From: a virus
Length of the DNA stretch: 64,000 nt
Strand: one strand, 5' to 3'
Virus record (IMG/VR): IMGVR_UViG_3300025168_000036
A program made the translations under genes and the position numbers. The notes beneath the pieces were generated by a model that was not told where the DNA came from, ran no database searches, and was given only the letters and a program-made list of their open reading frames with translations. Positions 56,997 to 64,000 of the stretch are shown one piece after another. Within the stretch, counting starts at the first letter, position 1; each line of letters opens with the position of its first letter.

Positions 56997-57046
56997 ATCT
57001 TTGATTTTATTTACTTAATACTATTTATAATAAATATTAATATATA

Positions 57047-57454
57047 TTACTTATTAGTTAATAGCTTACTAACTCTTTTATGTTTACTGTAAATCTTATT
57101 GACTTCTTTCAAGGAATTAGCTGCCGGCTTAATACCTGTTGATTGATATTTTGATTTTATGTTAAACACAATGTTCTTTTCATTTACGTACTCTTTAGTA
57201 TCAAAGTTTGCATGTCCATTTGCTAACTTAGTATTAATCTTAATTAAGTCTAAGACCTTATCTATTTTCTTTATTATACTATCATCTTTACTCTGGCCGG
57301 CACTAGAGTCTAAGGCTGATTGTATATTATCAAAGATCTTTGTTATATCAAGATTTGATGTCTTCCCTAACTTTTTTAGCTTTTGGTTTTGATGGTCCTT
57401 TTTTACTAGACCATTTGCCATTTGAGCTAACTTTTTTCTTACCTCTTTGTCCAT
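57047..57454 (-). CDS. Hypothetical basic protein
   Basis: 135 aa; overlaps the upstream ORF by 107 nt. Confidence 0.5.
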   Translation of the reverse strand: MDKEVRKKLAQMANGLVKKDHQNQKLKKLGKTSNLDITKIFDNIQSALDSSAGQSKDDSIIKKIDKVLDLIKINTKLANGHANFDTKEYVNEKNIVFNIKSKYQSTGIKPAANSLKEVNKIYSKHKRVSKLLTNK

Positions 57455-57611
57455 TTTTTGTTTTCTTAGATTCCTCTGACAAAAGTCTGTTTTTAATCTG
57501 ACTTGTCCGAAGAAGTTGCTCTAGATTAGCAATCCTCTTTTCACTTCTTAAGTGAAGTGCAGTGTAAATTCCTAATGCTAGAACAAATAATACTCCGTTT
57601 AATATTTCCAT
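57348..57611 (-). CDS. Membrane-anchored protein with Lys-rich tail
   Basis: N-terminal TM; strong SD AAGGAGGT. Confidence 0.6.
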   Translation of the reverse strand: MEILNGVLFVLALGIYTALHLRSEKRIANLEQLLRTSQIKNRLLSEESKKTKNGQRGKKKVSSNGKWSSKKGPSKPKAKKVREDIKS

Positions 57612-57629
57612 TTATCTACCTCCTTTCTT

Positions 57630-57941
57630 TTAATCGCCGTAATATGTTCCGACATTTTTACCAATCATACCTAATCTAGAAGCAACATTAAATTGATGTT
57701 TCGCATCACTTAGTGTTTCAATAATTTTGTTTGCCTCTGTAAATGTAATGTCATGTCTCTTGCCATCAATCATTAGCCACCCAATAGTAGTTTGTGTTTG
57801 AGGTTCTTGTACATATTCATTATCCGTTAATCTGAATCCAATACTTGTCCATAGTTTTCCGTATTTGTCTCCATTAAACTCTTTCTTTTGATTGTGAATA
57901 GTTGGTCTGCTTTTTTGAAACTTTTTATAATTTCTTGCCAT
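57630..57941 (-). CDS. Hypothetical protein
   Basis: 103 aa ORF. Confidence 0.65.
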   Translation of the reverse strand: MARNYKKFQKSRPTIHNQKKEFNGDKYGKLWTSIGFRLTDNEYVQEPQTQTTIGWLMIDGKRHDITFTEANKIIETLSDAKHQFNVASRLGMIGKNVGTYYGD

Positions 57942-57969
57942 TTTGTTTTAGTGGTTAAGCCACAAGCTG

Positions 57970-58359
57970 TTAATGATTATTAATAAATTCTTTTTGTTTT
58001 TGAATTGCCATATCTAATTCTGATACGGACTTTTTTTGTTGTTTGTTTGTCATTGTATATGAACCGCTTTTACTTACGTTGGCTGGTCTTTCACTTTCCG
58101 TATTGTTAAATGTTTGTTTGCCTTCCATTGCCTCCTTAATCCTTTCATCTGTCATAGATCCGTAGATCATATAACCTCTTGGGTATCTATCACTAGGTAC
58201 ATGAATTGTATATTGAGGGCAATCATAATATATCTTATCTGATACCTTATCGCCCATATAGTTTAATTCAGCTATTGTGCCTTTGTGAACACTACCATCA
58301 AAGAATTTGAATTTAACAGTTTGTCCAATTTTGTAAGTATGTAATTTCTTTTTTGCCAT
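57970..58359 (-). CDS. Hypothetical SH3/KOW-like protein
   Basis: YKIGQTVKF.F.DG..H.G.I pattern. Confidence 0.6.
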   Translation of the reverse strand: MAKKKLHTYKIGQTVKFKFFDGSVHKGTIAELNYMGDKVSDKIYYDCPQYTIHVPSDRYPRGYMIYGSMTDERIKEAMEGKQTFNNTESERPANVSKSGSYTMTNKQQKKSVSELDMAIQKQKEFINNH

Positions 58360-58380
58360 TTGTTATTTTTTAATGTTATT

Positions 58381-58418
58381 TTAATATAATAAATTTCTGC
58401 TTAATAAAAAAATTTATT
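58381..58418 (-). promoter_or_regulatory. Putative promoter sharing 27 bp with the bS21 upstream region
   Basis: + strand AATTTCTGCTTAATAAAAAAATTTATT. Confidence 0.55.
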
Positions 58419-58432
58419 GTTAATTATTTTTG

Positions 58433-59716
58433 TTATACGTCACGACCATTATTAAATACATGTTTAATTACTGGGAATCTTAGTGAGTATTTTCCTTCCT
58501 TGTTTTTGCTTTCCTCAAAGTATTGTACTGTAATTGTCTTGCCTATAATTTTGCTATGGTCATCTCCAAACTCTTTTCTTTGATCAAGTGAAAAGCCAGA
58601 ACCAACACCAACAAGATTACCTTTATGTTCAATAGCAATATTACTTAGACAATTAATAGTTTTTTCAACACCTTCCTCTACAATCCTAATATTACCATTA
58701 GTCGCACCTGTAACTACATATTCTGCGTCGTGCATCTTTTTCACCTTTAGTATATCCTTTGATCTTTTACCGTTATACGTAGTATTTTTTCGAAGCATAA
58801 TACCTTCATAGCCAGCATCATCTGCATCTTTAGCCATTTTTAACATATGTTCCTCACCCCTTACTGTTATTTGTTCTAACAATGATAGGTATTTGAATGT
58901 ATTGTGATGAAAGTCAATTGACACATCTTCTAATCTTTCAGTAAGAGTTCTTGTTCCAACTTGTTTGTCAAATTCATTTGTTGATACACAATCAAATATA
59001 ACAAATTGTGGATTTTCAATAGTATGATTTTTCCTTCTTATTTGCTTCATAATGCCTTGGAAGTCTTCATTACCATTTTCATCCATCATACAAACCTCTC
59101 CATCAAGAACAAAATCACCATCAAAGATTGCAACCTCATCAATAATATTTTGTAGTGTTTCAAACTCCTTACCTTGTCTAGAAAAAGCAGTAATGGTATC
59201 ACCTTCCTTTCTAATTAGGCACCTAACACCATCTAATTTTCTAGATGAATACCAACTATCAGCTATAAAGTCACATATACCAGGTTCATATTTCTCTGCC
59301 AATGCAACATCAAATGTAGGAATACAATTTGGAATAACCTTATTAATTGTTTTTGTATTAGCCCTAAGCTTTAAGTCCTTATCAATCATGCAATAAATTA
59401 TTCTTGCACTATCTTCATCCCCTCTTAGTACAAGTCCATTAACTAGCTTTATAGCTTCATGGCCAGTAGCTTTTCTAGATGCTAGCATCTCTAATACATC
59501 TATAATGTCAAATTTGTGTTCCATCCAAAGGTCTGGCCTTTTTGCACATTGCTTTGCAGAGACACCAAACTGCTTAAAAGGACTGTATGTATAATGTAGT
59601 GCGAGCTGAATTGCAGATGAATCTTTATACATTGCAAGTATCTTTTTCTTTTCATTACCACTAGTAGTAGACTGCATCTCTTGTTGAAACTCAGATATCA
59701 TTTTTAATATAGTCAT
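58433..59716 (-). CDS. lig: ATP-dependent DNA ligase
   Basis: RKLDGVR (I), LDGEV (III), IFD (IIIa), EGIMLR (IV), LKVK (V), GSGF, SLRFP. Confidence 0.95.
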   Translation of the reverse strand: MTILKMISEFQQEMQSTTSGNEKKKILAMYKDSSAIQLALHYTYSPFKQFGVSAKQCAKRPDLWMEHKFDIIDVLEMLASRKATGHEAIKLVNGLVLRGDEDSARIIYCMIDKDLKLRANTKTINKVIPNCIPTFDVALAEKYEPGICDFIADSWYSSRKLDGVRCLIRKEGDTITAFSRQGKEFETLQNIIDEVAIFDGDFVLDGEVCMMDENGNEDFQGIMKQIRRKNHTIENPQFVIFDCVSTNEFDKQVGTRTLTERLEDVSIDFHHNTFKYLSLLEQITVRGEEHMLKMAKDADDAGYEGIMLRKNTTYNGKRSKDILKVKKMHDAEYVVTGATNGNIRIVEEGVEKTINCLSNIAIEHKGNLVGVGSGFSLDQRKEFGDDHSKIIGKTITVQYFEESKNKEGKYSLRFPVIKHVFNNGRDV

Positions 59717-59717
59717 A

Positions 59718-60185
59718 TTATTTATTTTTTATGTCTTGAACAGCAGCAACTGTTGTTAATATTTCTTTAACCATTTTCCAATCCATGCCGTTTTTACCGA
59801 AGTGGAAGAATGCACCTTTAAAGTCTTTTTGACCTCTGTATGTTGTATCATCAATAAGAATATCTCCCATAAGAAGATCTTTTCTATGAGTTAAAAACAT
59901 TCTTCTCTTAAGGGCAGGAAAGTGTTCCTCAACCCAGTTTCTTTTTTGTCCCCAAGCATCTGGATTATTCCAGGGAGGTGTAGTAGCAATAAAGACTTCA
60001 TGACCAGCTTCTATAAATGTTGCAACTGCATCCTTTGCTCCTGGCATTGGTTCAAATGTTGAAAAGTCTAGTTTTAGATCTGGCCTAGCAGTTCCAGGTT
60101 GTAGTGTTTCAGCTGCCTTTTCGAAGTTGGCAAGGACACCATCCATATCTATAAATATTGTTAACTTGTCTTTTGTATTTTCCAT
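59718..60185 (-). CDS. 5'(3')-deoxyribonucleotidase (HAD family)
   Basis: FIDMDGVLANF, ATTPPW, K..WV, GDILIDD. Confidence 0.88.
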   Translation of the reverse strand: MENTKDKLTIFIDMDGVLANFEKAAETLQPGTARPDLKLDFSTFEPMPGAKDAVATFIEAGHEVFIATTPPWNNPDAWGQKRNWVEEHFPALKRRMFLTHRKDLLMGDILIDDTTYRGQKDFKGAFFHFGKNGMDWKMVKEILTTVAAVQDIKNK

Positions 60186-60188
60186 ATT

Positions 60189-60431
60189 TTATATTTTAAT
60201 GTGAGCTCGTTTAATAATGTAGTTCCATAACTCACCACAATCATCATCTTCATCTACAAGATTTTCTATAGCTTGCATGTAGTGAGGTAGCAGTGATGTT
60301 AATTTTTCCAAATCAATCTGCTTCCAGTAACCGAAGCGTAGTGTGATTGAATCTTTTTCGAATGAACTACCGACCTCCATTGGGCCGAAAGCTTTATCTA
60401 TTTGTTTTAGTATTGAAAAGTCTATTCTCAT
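60189..60431 (-). CDS. Hypothetical protein
   Basis: 80 aa ORF. Confidence 0.6.
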   Translation of the reverse strand: MRIDFSILKQIDKAFGPMEVGSSFEKDSITLRFGYWKQIDLEKLTSLLPHYMQAIENLVDEDDDCGELWNYIIKRAHIKI

Positions 60432-60432
60432 A

Positions 60433-60918
60433 TTATGAATTTTGTAGTTGTGTAGCTACTGGTGATAAATCTTTATTGGTACAGTAACTATAGTCATGTT
60501 TTTCCCAATCAAATCCAAGCATCATAAACCTTGTCCTTGGAACTAATCTTTCAAATGACATATAACTATAACTTTCATGTAGTTGCCAATTAGCCATCAT
60601 ATCTAATTCTTTTAAGAATTCTTCATTGACCATATCTATAGTATAGCCTTCACCATATCCAAAAGAACAAATGCCTCTTTGAATTTTAAGAAGTTTAGGA
60701 GCCCCAACCTTAATATCATATTCATTCCAATCATCGGCCATTGCATTGACATCATTGAATTCTTTGATTTTAGCTAGTTCATTTTTCCAAGCTTGAAGGA
60801 TATTTTGTTTCATCTCTTCAGCAACTAGATCGTTGTGGTCATACATTTGTTTTGAGTGAGGTTTAGTGACCTCGATACCAAAGTGAATTGGATTTGATTT
60901 TTTAGTCTTTTTAGCCAT
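60433..60918 (-). CDS. Hypothetical protein
   Basis: 161 aa, behind repeat copy 2. Confidence 0.65.
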   Translation of the reverse strand: MAKKTKKSNPIHFGIEVTKPHSKQMYDHNDLVAEEMKQNILQAWKNELAKIKEFNDVNAMADDWNEYDIKVGAPKLLKIQRGICSFGYGEGYTIDMVNEEFLKELDMMANWQLHESYSYMSFERLVPRTRFMMLGFDWEKHDYSYCTNKDLSPVATQLQNS

Positions 60919-60940
60919 TTGTTAGTTATTTAGTTAATAT

Positions 60941-61027
60941 TAGTTATTTATTTATATATAAATATAATCAATTTCTCGCAAGAAAAAAAATTTCTCACGC
61001 GTTATTTTCAAAAAGTTATTAACAATT
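60941..61027 (-). repeat. Dispersed ~80 bp promoter-like repeat, copy 2
   Basis: CGCAAGAAAAAAAATTTCTCACG...AAAGTTATTAACAA. Confidence 0.85.
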
Positions 61028-61310
61028 CTTCTTGAATCTTTTTTGAATGTTTACAATTACCCCTGAATCTACCACCAGGACAATCACAGCTTAGTTCATT
61101 GCCCCTCTTTGTAATAGTATATTTATCACCTCTTGAGCCTATAACATTATATGTTTCTGTTTTTATGTGTGCATAGGGGTTGATATGTTCCACATCATCT
61201 ATTGTAATGTGATCCTCTACTGGTGTCCAGCCAGGCATAAGATATCTTTGGTTGTTTATTGTTGCAAAGCAAGGTGGGTAGATGTGGACTAATTTATATT
61301 TCTTATTCAT
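61008..61310 (-). CDS. SWIM zinc-finger protein
   Basis: GS.G..Y.I...SCDCPG...GNCKH. Confidence 0.8.
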   Translation of the reverse strand: MNKKYKLVHIYPPCFATINNQRYLMPGWTPVEDHITIDDVEHINPYAHIKTETYNVIGSRGDKYTITKRGNELSCDCPGGRFRGNCKHSKKIQEELLITF

Positions 61311-61314
61311 TGAT

Positions 61315-61407
61315 TAGTTATTTATAGTATAAATATAATCAAAATAACGCAAGAAAAAAAATTTCTTACGTACGAATCTAAAAAGTTATTAACAAAGTTA
61401 TTAACAG
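61315..61407 (-). repeat. Dispersed promoter-like repeat, copy 3, with tandem AAGTTATTAACA
   Basis: CGCAAGAAAAAAAATTTCTTACG...AAAGTTATTAACAAAGTTATTAACA. Confidence 0.8.
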
Positions 61408-61491
61408 TTATAAATTGGTTCCAAGCAAGAACACAGCAATCATTACTACTACATATATTGCTGGTGTTATGTCTATTTGTTTTCCTTCCAT
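61408..61491 (-). CDS. 27 aa single-TM micro-protein (not in ORF track)
   Basis: MEGKQIDITPAICVVVMIAVFLLGTNL. Confidence 0.4.
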   Translation of the reverse strand: MEGKQIDITPAIYVVVMIAVFLLGTNL

Positions 61492-61561
61492 ATTAATAAA
61501 TAACAGTAATGATTTTTGGTGCTTAGTTCCTATATTAATTTTGTGTTAATAGTTTGTTAAA

Positions 61562-61753
61562 TTAAAGTACTTTAATTACTTCAGACTTCTTAACTTCAGT
61601 TACCTCAAACTCTGTAGAGTCATCTTTAAACTCTTCATTGATAATAGCTTCTGCATCTGTTACTGATACACCTTCTACTAGATAAACTTCTCTGATCCAC
61701 TTGACACCTTTACCAGTGTCAGTTGCAATCTTTACTTTTGCTAAATAATACAT
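61562..61753 (-). CDS. DUF4494-like protein (Bacteroidota family)
   Basis: Y..KVK...K.I.E.YLVEG.SVTDAEA.I...FEV..VKKS.V..V. Confidence 0.7.
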   Translation of the reverse strand: MYYLAKVKIATDTGKGVKWIREVYLVEGVSVTDAEAIINEEFKDDSTEFEVTEVKKSEVIKVL

Positions 61754-61765
61754 AATATTCTCCTT

Positions 61766-62218
61766 TTAATTAAATTTATAAAACTTCTTTCTATTCATTA
61801 TTGACAACCCAATTGGTTGGTCTATATATTGTCTTCCATATATGTCAGTGTATATTTTATTAAATGAACTTTGTTGTAATTCATCTAGTGAAACAAACCC
61901 TATCATATCTAAATATGCCTCACAAGCACTACCTTCAAAATAATTATATGCACCTGGTAAGCCTGGAGTTGAAGCTACTTTACAGCAGCAATCATAGGTA
62001 TCTTTAATAGCTATATTAGGCCATAATGCATTTAACATTCCTTCACTAGGGTTAATACAATCTTGAATGATACCACTGAATATCCAGCTATCCATTGCTT
62101 GTTCTATTGAATCTGCTGTATCACAATACTTTGGTGAGTAATATATAGAATCACTAGTCTCTGGTATTTGAGCTGTTATTAATGAGGTTGACAATACTAA
62201 AAATAATAAACTTTTCAT
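61766..62218 (-). CDS. Secreted Cys-rich protein with short T9SS type A-like C-terminal sorting signal
   Basis: Signal peptide MKSLLFLVLSTSLITA-Q; C-terminus VSLDEL...IYTDIYGR...IGLSIMNRKKFYK. Confidence 0.6.
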   Translation of the reverse strand: MKSLLFLVLSTSLITAQIPETSDSIYYSPKYCDTADSIEQAMDSWIFSGIIQDCINPSEGMLNALWPNIAIKDTYDCCCKVASTPGLPGAYNYFEGSACEAYLDMIGFVSLDELQQSSFNKIYTDIYGRQYIDQPIGLSIMNRKKFYKFN

Positions 62219-62228
62219 AGTCTCTCTT

Positions 62229-62378
62229 TTATCTAGACATCCAATTAAAGACGTCCTTCATTACAAAATAGATAATTGCAAATGCTGCAACCATCGTGAA
62301 CAAGTATAGAGTTTCTTCTATACCTTCTAGTGCGTTAACTATTTCTGCACTTTTTATTGTTGTTTCTAATTCAAACAT
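62229..62378 (-). CDS. 49 aa single-TM protein (not in ORF track)
   Basis: MFELETTIKSAEIVNALEGIEETLYLFTMVAAFAIIYFVMKDVFNWMSR. Confidence 0.55.
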   Translation of the reverse strand: MFELETTIKSAEIVNALEGIEETLYLFTMVAAFAIIYFVMKDVFNWMSR

Positions 62379-62388
62379 AATTTCTCTC

Positions 62389-62499
62389 TTAATAATATCT
62401 TCTTCGTTCTTTACTTCTACTAAGTTGCTCCAATAACAATTGGCAAACCTCAGCAGTTATCTTGTCTTGATAGTATAGGTCATATATTAGTCTACTCAT
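62389..62499 (-). CDS. 36 aa protein (not in ORF track)
   Basis: MSRLIYDLYYQDKITAEVCQLLLEQLSRSKERRRYY; upstream AGGGAAG. Confidence 0.5.
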   Translation of the reverse strand: MSRLIYDLYYQDKITAEVCQLLLEQLSRSKERRRYY

Positions 62500-62626
62500 A
62501 TTGCTTCCCTTTATGTTTGGTCTTACGTCTATACTTCTTTTTGTTTCTAATTGGTGTTGGCACTTTCATTGCCTCCAATATATCATTCCAAGTCACAATG
62601 ACCCATTCTAGTTTTTTATTTTTCAT
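62492..62626 (-). CDS. 44 aa basic protein with ArfA-like C-terminal motif (not in ORF track)
   Basis: MKNKKLEWVIVTWNDILEAMKVPTPIRNKKKYRRKTKHKGKQYE; first gene behind a TTATATTA element. Confidence 0.55.
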   Translation of the reverse strand: MKNKKLEWVIVTWNDILEAMKVPTPIRNKKKYRRKTKHKGKQYE

Positions 62627-62683
62627 TCCATTTTATTTTATAGTTATAATATAACAAATTTTATTGACATATGAAAACTTTTA

Positions 62684-63652
62684 TTAATAAAAGACTGTAA
62701 CATATCCATTCACTTCATATACCTCAGTAGGATTGTATTTAATAGCCTTGATAGTATATACATAGACTCCGGTTGCAACATCTCCATCCCACTCATCTAA
62801 TGAACTAGCACTTATCCATACTAGTCCACCCCACCTATTATATATTCTAACCTCCCACTCATCCCAGCAGTTATCTGCTAGCACTTGCCATGTATCATTC
62901 CATCCATCTCCATTTGGTGTTACTGCATTTGGTGCATAAATAGACGTTTCATCACATTCACTTTGAGAACAAGGCAGCCCAGTAATGCAATCTATATATT
63001 GAGTTAGAGTATGATATTCTGTAATTGTGTCAACTTGATAAATATATTCATAGACTAAACTTTCATTATAGATGGTATCAGTAATAAACTCAGTTATAGT
63101 AATTGTATCTAGTTCATATATTGTTATAGTGTCCGTTTCTATAATGGTAATAGTATCTGTAAGATATTCAATAACATCTACATATTCTATAATAGGATCA
63201 CAATCTCCGGGACATGGTCCTCCAAATTCAATTGAACTATATCCTAGTAGATTACCTCCAATGTTAATTTGCCATATACCTACTTCACCTTCGCAGAAGA
63301 ATCCTTCCTCATAGTATTGTACCCAACATTCTGCAATTGTATATGGATTAGCAACACTGTTATTCCATGCGTCAAATATATTTAATTCAATTGTACCTTG
63401 TGTGACCATTGGAAAGTCAAAGAAAGTAAATGTGTATTCAGGCCAATTTATATTTTGTGAGAAGTTACCACATGGTGGTATATCATCTAGTTCTGCATTG
63501 CCTAAGTATAAGCATATATCTGTAAGTCCTTCTTCGCAATCTACATCAATAGTTGCTGTATATGTTTCCCAATTAAAGTTAGTAATAACTGCATCACATT
63601 GTGCAGAGGTTGCCGGAGCCCATAGGGCTAGTAAGTAAATTAGCTTTCGCAT
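62684..63652 (-). CDS. Secreted protein with gliding-motility / T9SS type B C-terminal domain
   Basis: Signal peptide MRKLIYLLALWAPATSA-Q; IYAPNAVTPNGDGWNDTW...IYNRWG..VW...WDG...GVYVY...GYVTV. Confidence 0.88.
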   Translation of the reverse strand: MRKLIYLLALWAPATSAQCDAVITNFNWETYTATIDVDCEEGLTDICLYLGNAELDDIPPCGNFSQNINWPEYTFTFFDFPMVTQGTIELNIFDAWNNSVANPYTIAECWVQYYEEGFFCEGEVGIWQINIGGNLLGYSSIEFGGPCPGDCDPIIEYVDVIEYLTDTITIIETDTITIYELDTITITEFITDTIYNESLVYEYIYQVDTITEYHTLTQYIDCITGLPCSQSECDETSIYAPNAVTPNGDGWNDTWQVLADNCWDEWEVRIYNRWGGLVWISASSLDEWDGDVATGVYVYTIKAIKYNPTEVYEVNGYVTVFY

Positions 63653-63690
63653 TGTATTCCTGATTTTTTTTGTAAGATTAGTAATGATTG

Positions 63691-63764
63691 TGAACCAGAT
63701 AGGAGTCGAACCTATGACCTACAGCTTAGAAGGCTGTTGCTCTATCCAGCTGAGCTACTGGTCC
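63691..63764 (-). tRNA. tRNA-Arg (anticodon UCU)
   Basis: GGACCAG-TAGCTCAGCTGGATAGAGC-A-ACAGC CT TCT AA GCTGT-AGGTC-ATAGGTTCGACTCCTAT-CTGGTTC-A; CCA not encoded. Confidence 0.96.
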
Positions 63765-63786
63765 ATTCGGCGGCGGTATTACTCTC

Positions 63787-63975
63787 TCATCCCTCTAACT
63801 GGCGCGTATGGCGATTTTTTATCCATTTATCATAAGCATGTGAATATACCTCAAGTCGAGTATATTGTTCAGGGTTAGCAATCATATAATTTTCAGCCCA
63901 TTCTTTTACTTGTTCACGTAAACCATAAGCATTAGCTTCTTCTAATATTTCTTCTATTGCTTGTTCATCACTCAT
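63787..63975 (-). CDS. Hypothetical protein
   Basis: 62 aa acidic ORF; IEEILEEANAYGLREQV. Confidence 0.6.
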   Translation of the reverse strand: MSDEQAIEEILEEANAYGLREQVKEWAENYMIANPEQYTRLEVYSHAYDKWIKNRHTRQLEG

Positions 63976-64000
63976 AAAGTCCCATTCACGTCCGCTATTA

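Noticed and set aside
61381-61410. Tandem AAGTTATTAACA as a CRISPR mini-array or replication origin
   Set aside because: Only two 12 bp units, no spacers, no cas genes; too few boxes to call an origin.
786-63638. Numerous plus-strand ORFs of 60-170 aa in the ORF track
   Set aside because: They lie antisense to well-supported minus-strand genes, have Ser/Leu/Phe-rich shadow composition and show no recognisable motifs.
63684-63878. 64 aa plus-strand ORF (GVEPMTYSLEGCCSIQLSY)
   Set aside because: Classic antisense translation of a tRNA gene.
1-64000. Alternative genetic code (stop-codon reassignment, seen in some large phages)
   Set aside because: Core genes are full length and tile densely in the standard code; TAA, TAG and TGA all occur as stops.
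1-64000. Prophage or host chromosomal context suggested by clpP, phoH, rpsU and the T9SS-domain genes
   Set aside because: No integrase, att site or housekeeping operons; these genes are co-oriented, interleaved with phage genes and share the phage intergenic motifs.

Overview
AT-rich 64 kb segment of a large, T4-like (contractile-tail) dsDNA phage. Essentially all real genes are on the minus strand, tightly packed, in the standard code. From high to low coordinates it holds four blocks. (1) An early/accessory region: tRNA-Arg(UCU), two signal-peptide proteins with T9SS-type C-terminal sorting domains, micro-ORFs, a DUF4494-like protein, a SWIM-finger protein, a 5'(3')-nucleotidase and an ATP-dependent DNA ligase. 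(2) ClpP, a 2OG-Fe(II) prolyl hydroxylase, an HD protein and a gp55-like sigma factor. (3) A baseplate/tail module interrupted by PhoH, a T7 endonuclease I-like resolvase, primase, a fused SbcD-SbcC and a SET-domain gene. (4) The head module: holin-like protein, TerL, portal, prohead protease, ribosomal protein bS21, scaffold, major capsid and neck proteins. The T9SS domains, DUF4494 and bS21 point to a Bacteroidota host (inference). Most notable: phage-encoded T9SS cargo with host O-glycosylation sequons; an SD-less bS21 gene alongside SD-rich late genes; a pervasive (S/T)-x-S motif in virion proteins; a family of putative head-packaged proteins sharing an N-terminal tag and hydrophobic-x-E sites, including a nucleotidyltransferase/RNA-ligase-like fusion; three intergenic promoter-like motif classes; and an ORF that lacks a canonical start codon. 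All family calls come from motif recognition by eye; no searches were run.
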